Notes: generated by a model not told the origin, from the sequence alone. DNA of 64,000 bases from Puniceicoccales bacterium (GCA_031255715.1 JAIRRZ010000007.1:272-64271), one strand, 5' to 3'. Shown: positions 27,740 to 40,928, counted from the stretch's first letter. Made by a program: numbers and translations.

Positions 27740-28447
27740 ATGAAAAAACGGAGCAAGCGTCAGTTAAAGGGGCATGAGGTTGCTGATTTGAGTCAGCACT
27801 TTTCCATCGAGAATGCCGTTGCGTTACTCGAAAGAATGCCAAAGGCTCGTTTCGATGAAACCGTAGAGTTAGCGCTTCACCTGGGTGTTGATCCCAAGCA
27901 GAGCGACCAAATGGTTCGTGGAATTGTGAGTTTACCAAATGGTAGTGGTAAACGAGTACGGGTTTTGGTATTTACAGAGAAGCCGGAGGAGGCAATAGGG
28001 GCTGGAGCCGATTTTGCTGGCTTAGAGGATTTGATTGAAAAAATTCAATCCGGTTGGCTTGATTTTGATGTGGCAATTTCGACGACTTCTGCAATGAAGC
28101 AGGTACGCAATGTTGCTCGAATATTGGGGCCGCGTGGCATTATGCCGAATCCAAAATCAGGGACAGTTTCCGATGATATTGCGGGAGCGGTTTGTGAAGT
28201 AAAGGCTGGGCGTGTTGAGTTTAAAATGGATAAAACAGCAAATATGGCTGTTGTTGTGGGGAAGCGTTCTTTTTCGGCGGATAAATTAGTAGAAAATATA
28301 AAAACAACTATTGATGTGGTTGTAAAGGCAAAACCTGCGAGTATTTCGGGTGGTTTTATTAAAAATATGACACTAACGGCAACAATGACTCCGGGAATTA
28401 GATTAGAACGTGGAATTTACAGTGTGGTTTCGGGAGGGGCATTATGA
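27740..28447 (+). CDS. rplA: Ribosomal protein L1
   Basis: Family-wide similarity (FDETVELALHLGVDP, RGIVSLPNGSGK); ATG at 27740. Confidence 0.96.
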   Translation: MKKRSKRQLKGHEVADLSQHFSIENAVALLERMPKARFDETVELALHLGVDPKQSDQMVRGIVSLPNGSGKRVRVLVFTEKPEEAIGAGADFAGLEDLIEKIQSGWLDFDVAISTTSAMKQVRNVARILGPRGIMPNPKSGTVSDDIAGAVCEVKAGRVEFKMDKTANMAVVVGKRSFSADKLVENIKTTIDVVVKAKPASISGGFIKNMTLTATMTPGIRLERGIYSVVSGGAL

Positions 28448-28959
28448 AGGCGGAAAAAAAGCTTTTAGTCAGTGAAGTTTGCGATCATCTTAGTAAGTCG
28501 GATTACGTTTATTTAGCAGATTTTTCGCGTATAACTGTTGCAGCGATTTCCACACTTCGCAGGAATTTACGGAGTGATGGTGCGGAATGTCATGTCGTTA
28601 AAAATAGTATATTGAAGCTTGCGCTTGGTGAAAATGGCTGTGAAGATTTGGATGGTAAATGCTTTGAAGGGCACACGGCGATTATCGTTGGCGGAGTAAA
28701 TCCCGCAGGGGTTGCGAAAGTTTTATTCAAATTTTCCAAAGATAATGAGGAAAAAATGGGTGTAAAAGGTGGTGCACTTTCCAAGCGTTCGTTAGCGGTT
28801 GGCGAGATTAGAGCGCTATCGGAGTTGCCATCACTTGAAGTTTTGCGGGCGCAGGTTTTAGCATTGTTCAATACGCCAGCACAGCAGTTAGTGAGGGTAA
28901 TTAATGCGGTGCCGCAGGGTATGGTCAATGTTTTACAGGCGAGGGCAAAAGAAGTTTAG
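28444..28959 (+). CDS. rplJ: Ribosomal protein L10
   Basis: 171 aa, position between rplA and rplL, ATGA overlap. Confidence 0.92.
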   Translation: MKAEKKLLVSEVCDHLSKSDYVYLADFSRITVAAISTLRRNLRSDGAECHVVKNSILKLALGENGCEDLDGKCFEGHTAIIVGGVNPAGVAKVLFKFSKDNEEKMGVKGGALSKRSLAVGEIRALSELPSLEVLRAQVLALFNTPAQQLVRVINAVPQGMVNVLQARAKEV

Positions 28960-29041
28960 CATTAAAAAAGAAATGAATTTAGGAGAATTTTCTCTTAAAA
29001 TGGCAATGGTTGCCGCTAAATTTGTTTCTGGAGGATAAAAA

Positions 29042-29425
29042 ATGGCAGATATTACAAAGGATCAAGTTATCGATTGGCTGAGTTCTCAATCCGTCTTAGA
29101 AATTGCCGGATTGGTAAAGGATTTGGAAGAAAAATGGGGTGTGAGTGCGAGTGCTCCCGTGGCAGCGATTGCAATGCCGGCGGCAGGTGCGGCGGCTGAG
29201 GTTAAGGAGGAAAAGACGGAGTTTGACGTTATTTTATTGTCCGCTGGGGATAATAAGATCAATGTTATTAAAGAAGTTCGTGCCATTACTGGCCTTGGAC
29301 TAAAAGAAGCGAAAGAACTTGTCGATGGTGCACCAAAGCCCGTTAAGGAAGCCGTTTCAAAAGCTGATGCGGAGGAAATGAAAAAGAAGTTGGAAGCAGC
29401 CGGTGCCAAAGTAGAACTTAAATAA
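29042..29425 (+). CDS. rplL: Ribosomal protein L7/L12
   Basis: Ala-rich hinge, then [28 protein letters not shown]. Confidence 0.97.
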   Translation: MADITKDQVIDWLSSQSVLEIAGLVKDLEEKWGVSASAPVAAIAMPAAGAAAEVKEEKTEFDVILLSAGDNKINVIKEVRAITGLGLKEAKELVDGAPKPVKEAVSKADAEEMKKKLEAAGAKVELK

Positions 29426-29466
29426 TTGGGTAGTGTTTGATCGAGTTAAGGTATACAGTTTTGTGG

Positions 29467-29500
29467 GCTTCTCAGAGGTCTGCAGAGCTGTTTTTGTTGT
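29467..29500 (+). terminator. Candidate rplL-rpoB intercistronic attenuator
   Basis: Bulged 8-bp hairpin GCTTCTCAG-AGGT-CTGCAGAGC followed by TGTTTTTGTTGT. Confidence 0.3.
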
Positions 29501-29539
29501 CATGTAAAGTTTAGTTAAAGGTATTTGTGTTTTTCTCGT

Positions 29540-32500
29540 ATGACTGATAGAATTAATTTCGGAAAACTGGAGGAAGTTATTTCTCCTCCAAATTTTATAG
29601 AAAATCAAATCGATTCGTTTAAAGAATTTTTGCAGGGCGACATTGCAGTTGGCAGTCGAAAAAATATTGGCTTAGAAAGTGCTTTTCGCGATTTTTTCCC
29701 CATTGAAAGTTACGATGGAAAATGTCGGCTGGAGTATGTTTCCTACCGCATTTGTGATCCGCGTCACAGTGAAGATTATTGCATCTGCGATGGAACGACC
29801 TATGCGAGTTCGTTGTACGTTACACTTCGGCTATGCGAAGAAGGAGAAATGCGAGAAGAAGAGATCTATTTTGGCGAATTTCCGATCATGGGGAAGCGTG
29901 GTTCTTTTGTGATCAATGGTGCGGAACGCGTCGTTGTAAGTCAGCTACACCGTTCGCCTGGGGTTTGTTTTGAGGAAACGGTTCATGCTAGCGGAAAAGT
30001 GCTCCATGCGTTCAGAATCATACCTGACCGCGGTACGTGGCTCGAAGTTCAATTTGATCTCAATGATTTGTTGTATGTGTATTTGGATCGCCGTCGTCGC
30101 CGCAGAAAATTTTTATTAACGACTTTACTGCGAGCATTTGGTAATAGTTCCGATCAGGAAATTTTGAGTTTATTTTATAAGATAGAAAATAAGAAAGTCT
30201 CTTCATTTAGAGCAGATGCGAATCTTGCTAATTATATTTTAGTTGATGATGTTGTCGATGCGAAGGAGGGCATTGTTTTGGTTCGTGCCCATGAATCGCT
30301 TTCGAAAGGATTGCTTCAGGCCTTTGAGGCTGCTGGAATTGAGCACTTGGATGTGGTTAATGTATCGTCTGATGATGGGTTATTGGTTCGTACGCTAAAA
30401 AAAGATCCCGCAAAAAATACAGAAGATGCATTGCGAGAAATTTACAAACGTTTGCGTCCCGGGGAACCGGTGATGGCTAATAATGCTGCGGGGATGATGT
30501 CGCGTTTATTTTTAGAACGAAAACGCTACGATTTGGGTCGCGTTGGACGAAGAAAATTGAATCAGCGCCTGAAGCTTAATAAGGATATCGATGATCGCCT
30601 CATCGATACGGTAGATATTGTTGCGGCGACAGAATTTTTATGTCGTTTACGCAAAGGGGAAGAGTATATCGACGATATCGATCATCTCGGCAATCGACGC
30701 ATACGCAATGTTGGAGAGTTACTGGTCAATCAGTGCCGTGCCGGTTTGGGAAAAATGGAACGACTAATTCGCGAACGTATGGCACTCTTTGATAATAGCG
30801 TGGATACAATTATTCCGCAGAAATTAGTTAATCCGAAAATTTTTATGAGTTCAGTGCGCGATTTTTTTGCGCGCAGTCAACTATCGCAATTTATGGATCA
30901 GATCAATCCGTTATCGGAATTAGCACACAAACGAAGACTTTCGGCGCTTGGTCCGGGTGGTCTAAGTCGTGAGCGTGCAAGTTTCGAGGTGCGCGATGTT
31001 CATTCGTCTCACTATGGTCGTATTTGTCCAATTGAGACTCCAGAAGGTCCCAATATTGGTCTTATTAATTCTTTGAGCACATTCGCACGTGTCAATGAAT
31101 TTGGGTTCATTGAAACGCCCTATCGCATCGTAAAGAATGGGTGTGTAACCGGCGAAGTGGTATACTTGGATGCGACCGATGAGGGAAACTGTATGATTGC
31201 GCAGGCCAACTCGGAGATGGATGCCAATGGTAATCTCCTAGGGAATGTTGTTGTACGCCAACGGGATATGATTTTGGAAGTTGAACCATCGAAGGTGGAT
31301 TACATGGATGTTTCTCCCAAACAAGTTATTTCCGTTGCGGCAGGTTTGATACCGTTTTTAGAACATGATGATACTTCGCGGGCATTGATGGGAGCGAATA
31401 TGCAGCGACAGGGTGTGCCATTATTATCGCCGGAAGCTCCGCTCGTAGGAACGGGATTGGAGCGAAAAGTTGCGGTTGATTCAAAAAATGTCGTTTCCGC
31501 GGTGGAGGACGGTATTGTGGCTTCGGTTGATGCTACGCGCATTGTGGTGACAAGGGATGGTTCCATGCCAAAAAAACTGGATCCTAGAGGAAATCCTTCG
31601 GCCGGTATTCATATTTACAATTTGCGCAAATTTATTCGTTCCAATTCGGCTACTTGCTTTAATCAACACCCGATCGTAAAAAAAGGTCAGGTGATCAAGG
31701 AGGGGGAGTCATTGGCCGATGGAGCTGGAACAGATCAGGGAGAGTTGGCCTTGGGGCGTAATGTTTTGGTCGCATTTATGCCTTGGAATGGTTATAATTT
31801 TCAGGATGCGATTATTCTAAGCGATCGGCTGGTGAAAGAAGATGTATTTACATCCGTTCATATCGAAGAATTTGAAATTGTTGCGCGCGATACAAAACTA
31901 GGTGCCGAAGAAATTACTCGAGATATTCCGAATGTGGGCGATGAAGCGTTAAAAAATTTGAATCGCGATGGTATCGTTCGCGTTGGAGCAGAAGTAAAAG
32001 CGGGCGACATTTTGGTTGGAAAAATTACACCAAAAAGTGAATCGGATCTGGCTCCGGAAGAAAAATTATTACGGGCGATTTTTGGTGAAAAGGCGGCGGA
32101 TGTGAAAGATACATCGCTCCTGGTGCCACCGGGTTGTGAAGGCATTGTGATGGATGTTAAATTTTCCGGTAGTATCAACGGGGAAAGGGAAGAAGTTTCC
32201 GAGGCGGATCTGCGCCGTCGCGTTAAAAAAGCTAATGAAGAATTTCGAGGGCAACTGGAAAAATTACAGGATGATTTGACGGAATCCCTTTCAAGTATTC
32301 TGTTGGGGGAAAAAATTCCGCTCGATATCTCCAATGGAGACACAGGGGAAATTATTATTCCGGCAAATCGTAAAATTACAAAAACATTGCTACGTCGAAT
32401 TGCAGCTTGTTTTGATACGTTGGACATTCCTGCTTCGCCAGTAAGGAATCGTATTTTGGAAATTATTGATGCCTATCGTCAAAAATTTATCGACCTCGAA

Positions 32501-33304
32501 AGAGAACGCGTTCAGAGAGTGGAAGCGATTGAAGCGGGGGACATCGATGATACGGGTATCATTAAAAATGTGAAAGTGTACGTAGCCAATAAGCGTAAAA
32601 TTCACATCGGTGACAAAATGGCTGGGCGCCATGGCAATAAGGGTGTGGTTTCGAAGATTGTTCCATGTGAGGATATGCCGTTTTTACCAGATGGAACGTC
32701 GGTCGACATTATTTTAAATCCTTTGGGTGTGCCGAGTCGAATGAATGTGGGGCAAGTTTTGGAAACACATCTCGGTTGGGCCTGCGAAAAATTAGGAATT
32801 AAGGTGGCAACACCGGTTTTTGATGGTGTGCCAGAGCAGCAAATTCGAGAATACTTAAAAAAAGCAAATCTTCCGGAAAATGGAAAAAGTGTGCTCTATG
32901 ATGGTAGAACTGGAGAGCGTTTTGACCAAGAGGTGGTCGTCGGATATATTTATATGATGAAGCTCAATCACTTGGTTGCCGATAAAATTCATGCGCGTGC
33001 GGTAGGTCCCTATAGTTTAGTGACACAACAACCCTTGGGAGGAAAGGCTCAATACGGTGGACAGCGTTTCGGAGAAATGGAAGTTTGGGCGCTTGAAGCC
33101 TATGGTGCGGCATATACATTGCAGGAAATGTTGACCATTAAGTCCGACGATGTTCAAGGGCGGACGAAAGCCTATGAATCCTTGGTTAAGGGTGATCGTT
33201 CTTTGGAAACGGGTGTACCTCAATCTTTTAACGTTTTGATGAAAGAAATTCAAAGTTTGTGTCTCGATATTCGGTTGGAACACGATGAAATATTTGCGGA
33301 GTAA
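29540..33304 (+). CDS. rpoB: DNA-directed RNA polymerase beta subunit
   Basis: About 1254 aa; conserved regions throughout (GRHGNKGVVSKI, NPLGVPSRMN); ATG at 29540 preferred over TTG at 29525. Confidence 0.98.
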   Translation: MTDRINFGKLEEVISPPNFIENQIDSFKEFLQGDIAVGSRKNIGLESAFRDFFPIESYDGKCRLEYVSYRICDPRHSEDYCICDGTTYASSLYVTLRLCEEGEMREEEIYFGEFPIMGKRGSFVINGAERVVVSQLHRSPGVCFEETVHASGKVLHAFRIIPDRGTWLEVQFDLNDLLYVYLDRRRRRRKFLLTTLLRAFGNSSDQEILSLFYKIENKKVSSFRADANLANYILVDDVVDAKEGIVLVRAHESLSKGLLQAFEAAGIEHLDVVNVSSDDGLLVRTLKKDPAKNTEDALREIYKRLRPGEPVMANNAAGMMSRLFLERKRYDLGRVGRRKLNQRLKLNKDIDDRLIDTVDIVAATEFLCRLRKGEEYIDDIDHLGNRRIRNVGELLVNQCRAGLGKMERLIRERMALFDNSVDTIIPQKLVNPKIFMSSVRDFFARSQLSQFMDQINPLSELAHKRRLSALGPGGLSRERASFEVRDVHSSHYGRICPIETPEGPNIGLINSLSTFARVNEFGFIETPYRIVKNGCVTGEVVYLDATDEGNCMIAQANSEMDANGNLLGNVVVRQRDMILEVEPSKVDYMDVSPKQVISVAAGLIPFLEHDDTSRALMGANMQRQGVPLLSPEAPLVGTGLERKVAVDSKNVVSAVEDGIVASVDATRIVVTRDGSMPKKLDPRGNPSAGIHIYNLRKFIRSNSATCFNQHPIVKKGQVIKEGESLADGAGTDQGELALGRNVLVAFMPWNGYNFQDAIILSDRLVKEDVFTSVHIEEFEIVARDTKLGAEEITRDIPNVGDEALKNLNRDGIVRVGAEVKAGDILVGKITPKSESDLAPEEKLLRAIFGEKAADVKDTSLLVPPGCEGIVMDVKFSGSINGEREEVSEADLRRRVKKANEEFRGQLEKLQDDLTESLSSILLGEKIPLDISNGDTGEIIIPANRKITKTLLRRIAACFDTLDIPASPVRNRILEIIDAYRQKFIDLERERVQRVEAIEAGDIDDTGIIKNVKVYVANKRKIHIGDKMAGRHGNKGVVSKIVPCEDMPFLPDGTSVDIILNPLGVPSRMNVGQVLETHLGWACEKLGIKVATPVFDGVPEQQIREYLKKANLPENGKSVLYDGRTGERFDQEVVVGYIYMMKLNHLVADKIHARAVGPYSLVTQQPLGGKAQYGGQRFGEMEVWALEAYGAAYTLQEMLTIKSDDVQGRTKAYESLVKGDRSLETGVPQSFNVLMKEIQSLCLDIRLEHDEIFAE

Positions 33305-33316
33305 GGAAAATTTAAA

Positions 33317-36300
33317 ATGAGTACGGAAGCGGTAAAGGAATTTTTAGGGTTTGATCAAGATAATGAGTTTGATACGGTTGCGATTTCGATAGCATCACCG
33401 GATGCAATTCGTTCTTGGTCGAGAGGAGAAGTAAAAAATCCTGAAACGATCAATTATCGCACGTTCAAGCCAGAACCGGGTGGATTATTTTGTCAAAGAA
33501 TTTTCGGACCGGTTAAGGACTACGAGTGTGCCTGCGGAAAATATAAGCGCATCAAATATAAGGGAGTTGTCTGTGATCGCTGTGGCGTTGAGGTTACACT
33601 TTCTCGGGCACGTCGCGAGAGTATGGGGCATGTGGAGTTAGCGGTGCCCATTGCGCATATTTGGTTTCTAAAAAGCTTGCCCAGTCGTTTGGGTTTATTT
33701 TTAGACATACCGGTTCGTGATATTGAAAAGATCATCTACTATGAGAGTCACATGGTGACGGATCCGGGATCGACTCCTTTGAAAAGATGTCAGCTTTTAC
33801 AGGAGCAGGAATATGAGATGTTGCGTAGCGAATACGGCGACGATGCTTTCACGGCAAAGATGGGTGCTATTGCAATCCGCGAAATTCTTTCCGAAATGGA
33901 TCTCGAAGAAATGGTCTATAATATTCAAGAGGAAATGTATGCGACCAATGCTAAGCAAATGAAGAAAAAATTAGCCAAACGCCTTAAAATGGTTTCCGGA
34001 TTTTTGCGTTCGGGATCTCGGCCAGAATGGATGGTTTTGGAAGCACTACCCGTATTACCTCCAGATTTACGCCCATTGGTTCCGTTGGATGGTGGGCGGT
34101 TTGCGACGAGTGATTTGAATGACTTATATCGTCGGGTGATTAATCGTAATAATCGTTTAAAAAGTTTGATGCAACTAAAAACGCCGGATGTAATTGTGCA
34201 CAATGAGATGCGCATGTTACAGGAGGCGGTCGATGCATTGTTTGATAATGGGCGCCATGGAAAAGCGGTACTTGGTGCAGGTAATCGTCCATTGAAATCT
34301 TTGGGCGATATGCTCAAAGGAAAGCAGGGACGTTTCCGTCAAAATTTGTTAGGGAAACGCGTCGACTATAGTGGTCGTTCCGTCATTGTTATTGGTCCGG
34401 AATTGAAGTTGCACCAATGTGGTTTACCGAAGAAAATGGCGCTCGTTCTTTTTGAACCGTTTATTATTCGTCGTTTAAAAGAATTGGATTTCGTGCATAC
34501 GGTACGTAGTGCGCGTAAAATGATCGAACGTCAAGATCCTGAGGTATGGGATATTTTGGAAGAAGTGACACGGGAACATCCTATTTTACTCAACCGTGCA
34601 CCGACATTGCATCGCTTGTCAATTCAGGCATTTGAACCTATTTTAATCGAGGGAGAAGCGATTCGTTTGCATCCTTTAGTTTGTACACCATTTAATGCCG
34701 ATTTCGATGGTGATCAGATGGCTGTGCATGTTCCGCTATCGATCGAAGCGGTTATGGAGTGCAAGTTACTGATGATGGCGACGCAGAATATGTTTTCGCC
34801 GTCGAGTGGTAAGCCGATTTTGACGCCATCTCAGGATATTATCCTAGGCGTTTATTACTTGACCTATGAACCGAAGCTGAAGGAGGGACGAATTCCGCTA
34901 ATGGGCAGCGTTGAGGAAGTTTTAATGGCAGAGGCTCAGGGTGTTGTCACAAAGCAGGATTGGGTTTATCTTGCAAATCCGGACTATGGCCGTGTTACAC
35001 GCTATGGCAATTGCAAAGATCGAGTTATTAAAACGACGGTTGGGCGTGTTATTTTTAATCAAATTTTTCCGCGTTCGCTAGGATTTATTAATTTTTCCAT
35101 TGGGAAAGGTATGCTAGGGGATTTGATTATGGGAACCTACAAAATTGTCGGCCAAAAGGAAGCGGTACAGATGTTAGATCGACTCAAAAATCTTGGGTTT
35201 TACACCGCGATGAAAGCGGGACTTTCCATTGGTGTCGATGACATGATTGTGCCTCTGGAGAAACGGAATATTATTACCGAAGCGCGGCAAAAAGTGGAAG
35301 AAATTGATAATCAATTTCAAAGAGGAATTATTACCTCCGGTGAGCGTTCCAATAAAATTATCGACATTTGGACCAATGCTACGGATGAGGTTGCGCAGGT
35401 TGCATTTGATCGTCTCATGAGAAATGATGAAAAGGATTATATTAATCCTGTTTATTTGATGATGGATTCTGGAGCACGCGGTAATCGTCAACAGGTCCGT
35501 CAATTGTGTGGCATGCGTGGGCTAATGGCTAAGCCGTCCGGTGAGATTATTGAACGGCCGATTCTATCATCATTTCGCGAAGGATTATCCGTTTTGGAGT
35601 ATTTTATTTCGACGCATGGTGCGCGCAAAGGTCTTGCCGATATGGCATTAAAGACAGCTGATGCTGGGTATATGACGCGCAAGCTGTGCGATGTGGCGAT
35701 GGATTGCATTGTTTCCTGTGAGGATGATGGTTGTCGCAATGGTATTTGGAAGCAGGCAGTTATGGATGGCGACGAGGAAATTATCAGTTTGCAGGAGCGT
35801 ATTATTGGTCGTTGTGCTGCGGAAGACGTGCGCAATCCAATGAATGCGGAGGAGGTATTGGTAGCCTCCGGTAGTCTAATTACGGCGGATGTTGCTAAAA
35901 AAATCGATGAGGCTGGAATTGAGCGTGTGAAAATTTTGTCGCCATTGACTAGTATGAAGGATAATGGTATTCCGGCCATTGCCTATGGCATTGATCCAGC
36001 GACGAACAGTATGGTAGCCTGTGGATCAGCGGTGGGTATTATTGCGGCGCAGTCAATTGGCGAGCCCGGAACACAGCTGACGATGCGCATATTTCATATC
36101 GGTGGCGTAGCGAGTCAGGTATTAAAAGCTCCCGAACATCGCGCAAAGATGGGTGGTATTATTCGCCAGGAGAATTTGCGGCTTGTTTGGACTGCGGATG
36201 GTGCGAGTATTGTTTTGAATCGAACGGGACGCCTTATTCTTAATGATATGAATGGCCGTGAGATTGAAAGTTATAGCATTGTTCCAGGAACAGTACTTTT

Positions 36301-37471
36301 GCAAGCCGATGGAGCGATGGTAAAAAAAGATGAATTATTAGCGGCATGGGATCCTCATAGTGCGCCAATTATTGCTGAATTTTCCGGACGTGTACAATTT
36401 AAGGATATCATTTCTGGCATTACGATTAAGCGGGATATCGATGAAGCTAGTGGGCGTATTACGACGGTCGTTATTGAGCATAAGGAGGAATTGAATCCGA
36501 CGATTGAGATTGTTGCTCAAGAAAATGATGAGGAACGTGTTATTGCTATCTATCCCATTCCGACAGGAGCGCAAATTTTAGTCGACGATGGCAATCAAAT
36601 TTTAGGAGGGTCACTATTGGCGAAAACGCCGCGTTCGGCTTCTAAAACACAGGATATTACCGGTGGATTGCCGCGGGTGGCGGAATTATTTGAAGCACGT
36701 CGTCCGAAAGAAGCGGCGGAAATGGCGAAAATTGATGGTATCATTTCATTTGGCGGGATGATTCGCAATAAAAAACGTATTTGGGTGACAGATACGGAGA
36801 CGGAGCGCCGTGAAGAACATCTTATTCCTCACGGTATTCATTTAGTGGTTCATGAAGGCGATTTTGTTAATCGCGGTCAGAATTTGACAGAAGGAGTGGC
36901 CGATCCCCATGAAATTTTAAATATATTGGGAACTGCTGCGGTACAGGAGTATTTAATTTCGGAGGTTCAAAAGGTTTATCGGATACAAGGTGTGACGATT
37001 AATGATAAGCATATCGAAATTATTGTAGCGCGGATGTTACGTAAGGTACGCATTACAGATCCGGGTGATTCAGATTTCTTCTGGGGCGAACAGATTGAGA
37101 AAGATCAATTTTTGATAGCGAATGAGGAAATTATTGAGGCTGGCGGAAAGCCGGCAGAGGCTGAGCCTATTTTACTAGGGATTACGAAGTCTTCGCTGGA
37201 GACGGAAAGTTTTATTTCGGCGGCATCGTTCCAGGAAACGACGAAAGTTTTAACGGATGCGGCGACGCTTGGTAAAGTGGATGGGCTGCGTGGATTTAAG
37301 GAAAATGTAATTATGGGGCATCTTATTCCTGCAGGAAGCGGATTGCCGTCCTACCGCCGGTTAAAGCTTCAAATATTTTCCGATGGAAACGAAGAGCTTA
37401 TTGTGATGCAAAAATTAGTTCATGATGCGCCGAATCCTGAACATGAAATGGCTGCGACAATGGAGGATTAA
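33317..37471 (+). CDS. rpoC: DNA-directed RNA polymerase beta' subunit
   Basis: 1384 aa; Zn-finger CxCGKY...CxxCGVE and catalytic NADFDGDQM. Confidence 0.98.
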   Translation: MSTEAVKEFLGFDQDNEFDTVAISIASPDAIRSWSRGEVKNPETINYRTFKPEPGGLFCQRIFGPVKDYECACGKYKRIKYKGVVCDRCGVEVTLSRARRESMGHVELAVPIAHIWFLKSLPSRLGLFLDIPVRDIEKIIYYESHMVTDPGSTPLKRCQLLQEQEYEMLRSEYGDDAFTAKMGAIAIREILSEMDLEEMVYNIQEEMYATNAKQMKKKLAKRLKMVSGFLRSGSRPEWMVLEALPVLPPDLRPLVPLDGGRFATSDLNDLYRRVINRNNRLKSLMQLKTPDVIVHNEMRMLQEAVDALFDNGRHGKAVLGAGNRPLKSLGDMLKGKQGRFRQNLLGKRVDYSGRSVIVIGPELKLHQCGLPKKMALVLFEPFIIRRLKELDFVHTVRSARKMIERQDPEVWDILEEVTREHPILLNRAPTLHRLSIQAFEPILIEGEAIRLHPLVCTPFNADFDGDQMAVHVPLSIEAVMECKLLMMATQNMFSPSSGKPILTPSQDIILGVYYLTYEPKLKEGRIPLMGSVEEVLMAEAQGVVTKQDWVYLANPDYGRVTRYGNCKDRVIKTTVGRVIFNQIFPRSLGFINFSIGKGMLGDLIMGTYKIVGQKEAVQMLDRLKNLGFYTAMKAGLSIGVDDMIVPLEKRNIITEARQKVEEIDNQFQRGIITSGERSNKIIDIWTNATDEVAQVAFDRLMRNDEKDYINPVYLMMDSGARGNRQQVRQLCGMRGLMAKPSGEIIERPILSSFREGLSVLEYFISTHGARKGLADMALKTADAGYMTRKLCDVAMDCIVSCEDDGCRNGIWKQAVMDGDEEIISLQERIIGRCAAEDVRNPMNAEEVLVASGSLITADVAKKIDEAGIERVKILSPLTSMKDNGIPAIAYGIDPATNSMVACGSAVGIIAAQSIGEPGTQLTMRIFHIGGVASQVLKAPEHRAKMGGIIRQENLRLVWTADGASIVLNRTGRLILNDMNGREIESYSIVPGTVLLQADGAMVKKDELLAAWDPHSAPIIAEFSGRVQFKDIISGITIKRDIDEASGRITTVVIEHKEELNPTIEIVAQENDEERVIAIYPIPTGAQILVDDGNQILGGSLLAKTPRSASKTQDITGGLPRVAELFEARRPKEAAEMAKIDGIISFGGMIRNKKRIWVTDTETERREEHLIPHGIHLVVHEGDFVNRGQNLTEGVADPHEILNILGTAAVQEYLISEVQKVYRIQGVTINDKHIEIIVARMLRKVRITDPGDSDFFWGEQIEKDQFLIANEEIIEAGGKPAEAEPILLGITKSSLETESFISAASFQETTKVLTDAATLGKVDGLRGFKENVIMGHLIPAGSGLPSYRRLKLQIFSDGNEELIVMQKLVHDAPNPEHEMAATMED

Positions 37472-37556
37472 AATGGTTGATAAAAATTTTAAAATAAGAC
37501 TTGATTCGGAGAACTTTAATCATAGTTTAGAGGGAAATTGAACTAATAAAATTCTG

Positions 37557-37940
37557 ATGCCTACCATTAATCAGTTAGTGAAGTCGCCACGTGTAAATGT
37601 GGTTGTAAAATCTAAGGCGCCGGCGTTGCGTGCGAATCCGTTTAGGCGGGGAGTATGTGTGCAGGTCATGACGCGTACACCAAAAAAGCCCAATTCGGCT
37701 ATCCGTAAGGTGGCAAAGGTGCGCCTGACCAGTGGAATTGAGGTAATTGCTTACATTCCCGATGAGGGACATAGTTTGCAAGAGCATAGTATCGTATTGG
37801 TGCGCGGCGGACGCGTAAAAGATTTGCCGGGGGTGCGTTATCACATTGTTCGAGGGGCTTTGGATTGTTTGGGAGTGGAGAAACGTCGTCGGAGTCGTTC
37901 GAAATATGGCGTAAAACGCCCTAAGGCTGGTAAAAAATAA
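37557..37940 (+). CDS. rpsL: Ribosomal protein S12
   Basis: MPTINQL... and PKKPNSA motifs. Confidence 0.98.
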   Translation: MPTINQLVKSPRVNVVVKSKAPALRANPFRRGVCVQVMTRTPKKPNSAIRKVAKVRLTSGIEVIAYIPDEGHSLQEHSIVLVRGGRVKDLPGVRYHIVRGALDCLGVEKRRRSRSKYGVKRPKAGKK

Positions 37941-37953
37941 ATGAAAGGAATAT

Positions 37954-38427
37954 ATGTCGCGTCGTAGAAGGGCTGAAAGGCGAGAATTTGTAAAAGATCC
38001 GAGGTTTAATAGTTCGTTAATCGGGCAGCTGGTGAGTATTGTGATGGAGCGTGGGAAGCGTTCCTTAGCGTGCTCAATCGTGTATGGTGCCATTGAGAAG
38101 GCGAGTGAGGAATTGGCAAAAGGGGATCCGGTGGAGCTTTTATTAGTGGTATTGGAGAATGCGCGTCCAAAGGTGGAGGTAAAAAGTCGTCGCGTCGGTG
38201 GGGCGACCTATCAAGTTCCGGTAGAAGTTCCGTATATTCGCCAGCAGAGTTTAGTATTTCGCTGGCTCATTGAGGCGGCAAAGTCGCGGAAGGGAAAGGC
38301 GATGCGGGAAGCCCTAGGGCAAGAAATTATTGATGCCTATAATAATACGGGTAATGTGGTGAAGAAGAAGCTGGAGATGCATCGCATGGCGCAGGCAAAC
38401 CGAGCTTTTGCACACTTTGTTTGGTAA
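37954..38427 (+). CDS. rpsG: Ribosomal protein S7
   Basis: Family similarity; str operon position. Confidence 0.97.
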   Translation: MSRRRRAERREFVKDPRFNSSLIGQLVSIVMERGKRSLACSIVYGAIEKASEELAKGDPVELLLVVLENARPKVEVKSRRVGGATYQVPVEVPYIRQQSLVFRWLIEAAKSRKGKAMREALGQEIIDAYNNTGNVVKKKLEMHRMAQANRAFAHFVW

Positions 38428-38448
38428 AATTTACAAAAGCGGCGGAAT

Positions 38449-40605
38449 ATGGCAAACGATAGAAAAATTTCAGCGGCAAACTCTTCTCACCGGAAAAGTC
38501 CTTTAGAATACACGCGCAATATCGGTATTGCAGCGCACATCGATGCAGGAAAAACAACGACAACGGAACGTATTTTGTATTATGCGGGTGTCGTTCATAA
38601 GATGGGTGAGGTTCATGATGGAACAGCGGTGACCGATTGGATGGAGCAGGAGCGGGAGCGTGGGATTACAATTACATCTGCGGCAATTAGTTGTGGATGG
38701 AGGACAAAGGTTGGATTATTTGCAGGAATTAACCATCAGATTAATCTAATTGATACGCCGGGACATGTCGATTTTACGGCGGAGGTAGAGCGTTCACTGC
38801 GTGTGCTAGATGGTGCCGTAGGTGTGTTTTGTGCGGTGGCTGGGGTGCAGCCACAATCGGAAACAGTTTGGCGGCAGATGGACAAATATAGCGTACCGCG
38901 CATTGCATTTATCAACAAAATGGATCGTACGGGGGCGGATTTCCTGGGTGCCATTGAGAGTATTCGGACAAAATTAGGAAAAAACGCGCATCCTCTCTAT
39001 TTAAATATAGGTGCAGAAGAAAAATTTGAGGGCCTGATTGATTTGGTGATCATGAAGGCCTATGTTTATGATAGCAAAGATCCATTGGGAGAAAAATTTG
39101 ATACGGTTGATATTCCGGAGAATTATCAGAAGCAGGCGGAAAAATATCATGAATCGCTTATAGAAGCTTTGGCGGATTACGATGATGGGTTGGCGGAAAA
39201 ATATTTGAGTGGCGGAGAAATTTCGCAGGATATGATTCGTGCAGCGGTACGTAAGGCGACGCTGTCGATGGATTTTGTTGGAGTGATCCCGGGTAGTGCT
39301 TTTAAGAAAAAGGGTGTTCAAATGTTACTCGATGCGGTAGTTGATTTTTTGCCTTCTCCGATTGATTTGCCGCCGACAAAAGCTTTTGCGGATGATGGTG
39401 GCATAATTGAAATTCGTCCCAATGATAGTGAAAAAATGACGGCATTGGGATTTAAATTGATGAGTGATCCCTATGTGGGGAAGTTGGTATTTTGCCGCGT
39501 TTATAGTGGGCAGCTCAAAAAAGGCGATACCGTTTATAACCCGCGCACACGCAAAACGGAGCGTGTGAGTCGTCTCATGATTATGAAGGCCAATGATCGG
39601 GAGGATATCGATATTGCGTATTCCGGAGATATTTGTGCACTTATTGGAGTGAAAGGTGTGGCGACGGGGGATACGCTATGCGATCGTTCATTCGAAGGAA
39701 TTTTGGAGCCCCCTACATTCCCTGAGCCAGTTATTAGCATGTCTATTGAGCCGAAATCGAAGGCAGATCAGGAAAAATTAGCATTTGGCCTACAGAGTTT
39801 GGCGGAAGAGGATCCAACTTTTAAGGTGACGACGAATCCGGAAACGGGTCAGACTTTGATTGCTGGAATGGGTGAATTGCATTTGGATATTATCCGCGAT
39901 CGTTTATTTCGTGAGTTTAATGTTGATGCAACGGCTGGGCGTCCGCAGATTGCCTATCGTGAAACGATTACAAGTGAAGCGATGGGTGAAGGAAAATTTA
40001 TTCGTCAATCCGGTGGTCGTGGGCAATATGGTCACGCGGTAATTAAACTTGAGCCAATGAATCGGAGTGAAGGCGTTTCCGTGGAAAATGAGATTGTTGG
40101 CGGTGTGATTCCCAAGGAGTACATTAAGCCGACTCAGGAAGGTATTTTGGAAGGGGCGAATAATGGCGTTGTGGCAGGGTATCCCGTCGTCGATTTTTGT
40201 GCACGTATTGTGGATGGCAGTTTTCATGAAGTTGATTCTTCAGAAATGGCATTTAGGATGGCTGGTATTTTTGCTTTTAAGGATGCGATGAAGAAGGCTG
40301 GAGCGATTCTTCTTGAACCAATTATGAAGGTTGAAGTTTCAACGCCGGAGGAGTATCAGGGCGATGTAATTGGCGATTTAAATCGTCGCCGTGGGCAAAT
40401 TCAAAGCATGGAAAGTAAAGGTACATTGGCGAATATTATGGCTTTTGTGCCATTGGAAATGATGTTTGGCTATGCGACGGATGTGCGTTCGCTGACGAAA
40501 GGGCGGGCGAGTTATTCGATGGAACCTTCTCATTTCGAACAAGTTCCGGCGAGTTTACTACAGCAAATTGTGGAGACATCGAGTCGTGCGGCAGCACGTT
40601 CATAA
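38449..40605 (+). CDS. fusA: Elongation factor G
   Basis: 718 aa; [20 protein letters not shown] and NKMDR; about 20-aa N-terminal extension. Confidence 0.97.
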   Translation: MANDRKISAANSSHRKSPLEYTRNIGIAAHIDAGKTTTTERILYYAGVVHKMGEVHDGTAVTDWMEQERERGITITSAAISCGWRTKVGLFAGINHQINLIDTPGHVDFTAEVERSLRVLDGAVGVFCAVAGVQPQSETVWRQMDKYSVPRIAFINKMDRTGADFLGAIESIRTKLGKNAHPLYLNIGAEEKFEGLIDLVIMKAYVYDSKDPLGEKFDTVDIPENYQKQAEKYHESLIEALADYDDGLAEKYLSGGEISQDMIRAAVRKATLSMDFVGVIPGSAFKKKGVQMLLDAVVDFLPSPIDLPPTKAFADDGGIIEIRPNDSEKMTALGFKLMSDPYVGKLVFCRVYSGQLKKGDTVYNPRTRKTERVSRLMIMKANDREDIDIAYSGDICALIGVKGVATGDTLCDRSFEGILEPPTFPEPVISMSIEPKSKADQEKLAFGLQSLAEEDPTFKVTTNPETGQTLIAGMGELHLDIIRDRLFREFNVDATAGRPQIAYRETITSEAMGEGKFIRQSGGRGQYGHAVIKLEPMNRSEGVSVENEIVGGVIPKEYIKPTQEGILEGANNGVVAGYPVVDFCARIVDGSFHEVDSSEMAFRMAGIFAFKDAMKKAGAILLEPIMKVEVSTPEEYQGDVIGDLNRRRGQIQSMESKGTLANIMAFVPLEMMFGYATDVRSLTKGRASYSMEPSHFEQVPASLLQQIVETSSRAAARS

Positions 40606-40622
40606 AATTTAGAAAAGTTGTT

Positions 40623-40928
40623 ATGGCACAGAGAATTAGAATAAAGCTAAAGAGTTTCGATCACCGGTTAGTGGATCAATCAGCAGTGGAGATTGTGGAT
40701 ACGGCGAAGCGTTCCGGGGCGCGTGTTATTGGGCCTGTGCCGTTACCGACGCGGAAGGAGCGTTTCACGGTGAATCGTTCGCCCCATGTCGATAAAAAGT
40801 CGATGGATCAATTTGAGTTGCGGGAACACGATCGCTTGATTGATATTCATGAGCCAACGGCGGATACGATTGATGCATTGCGTCGATTAAACTTGTCGGC
40901 TGGAGTTGAGATTTTAATTAATGTTTAA
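40623..40928 (+). CDS. rpsJ: Ribosomal protein S10
   Basis: [14 protein letters not shown] motif. Confidence 0.97.
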   Translation: MAQRIRIKLKSFDHRLVDQSAVEIVDTAKRSGARVIGPVPLPTRKERFTVNRSPHVDKKSMDQFELREHDRLIDIHEPTADTIDALRRLNLSAGVEILINV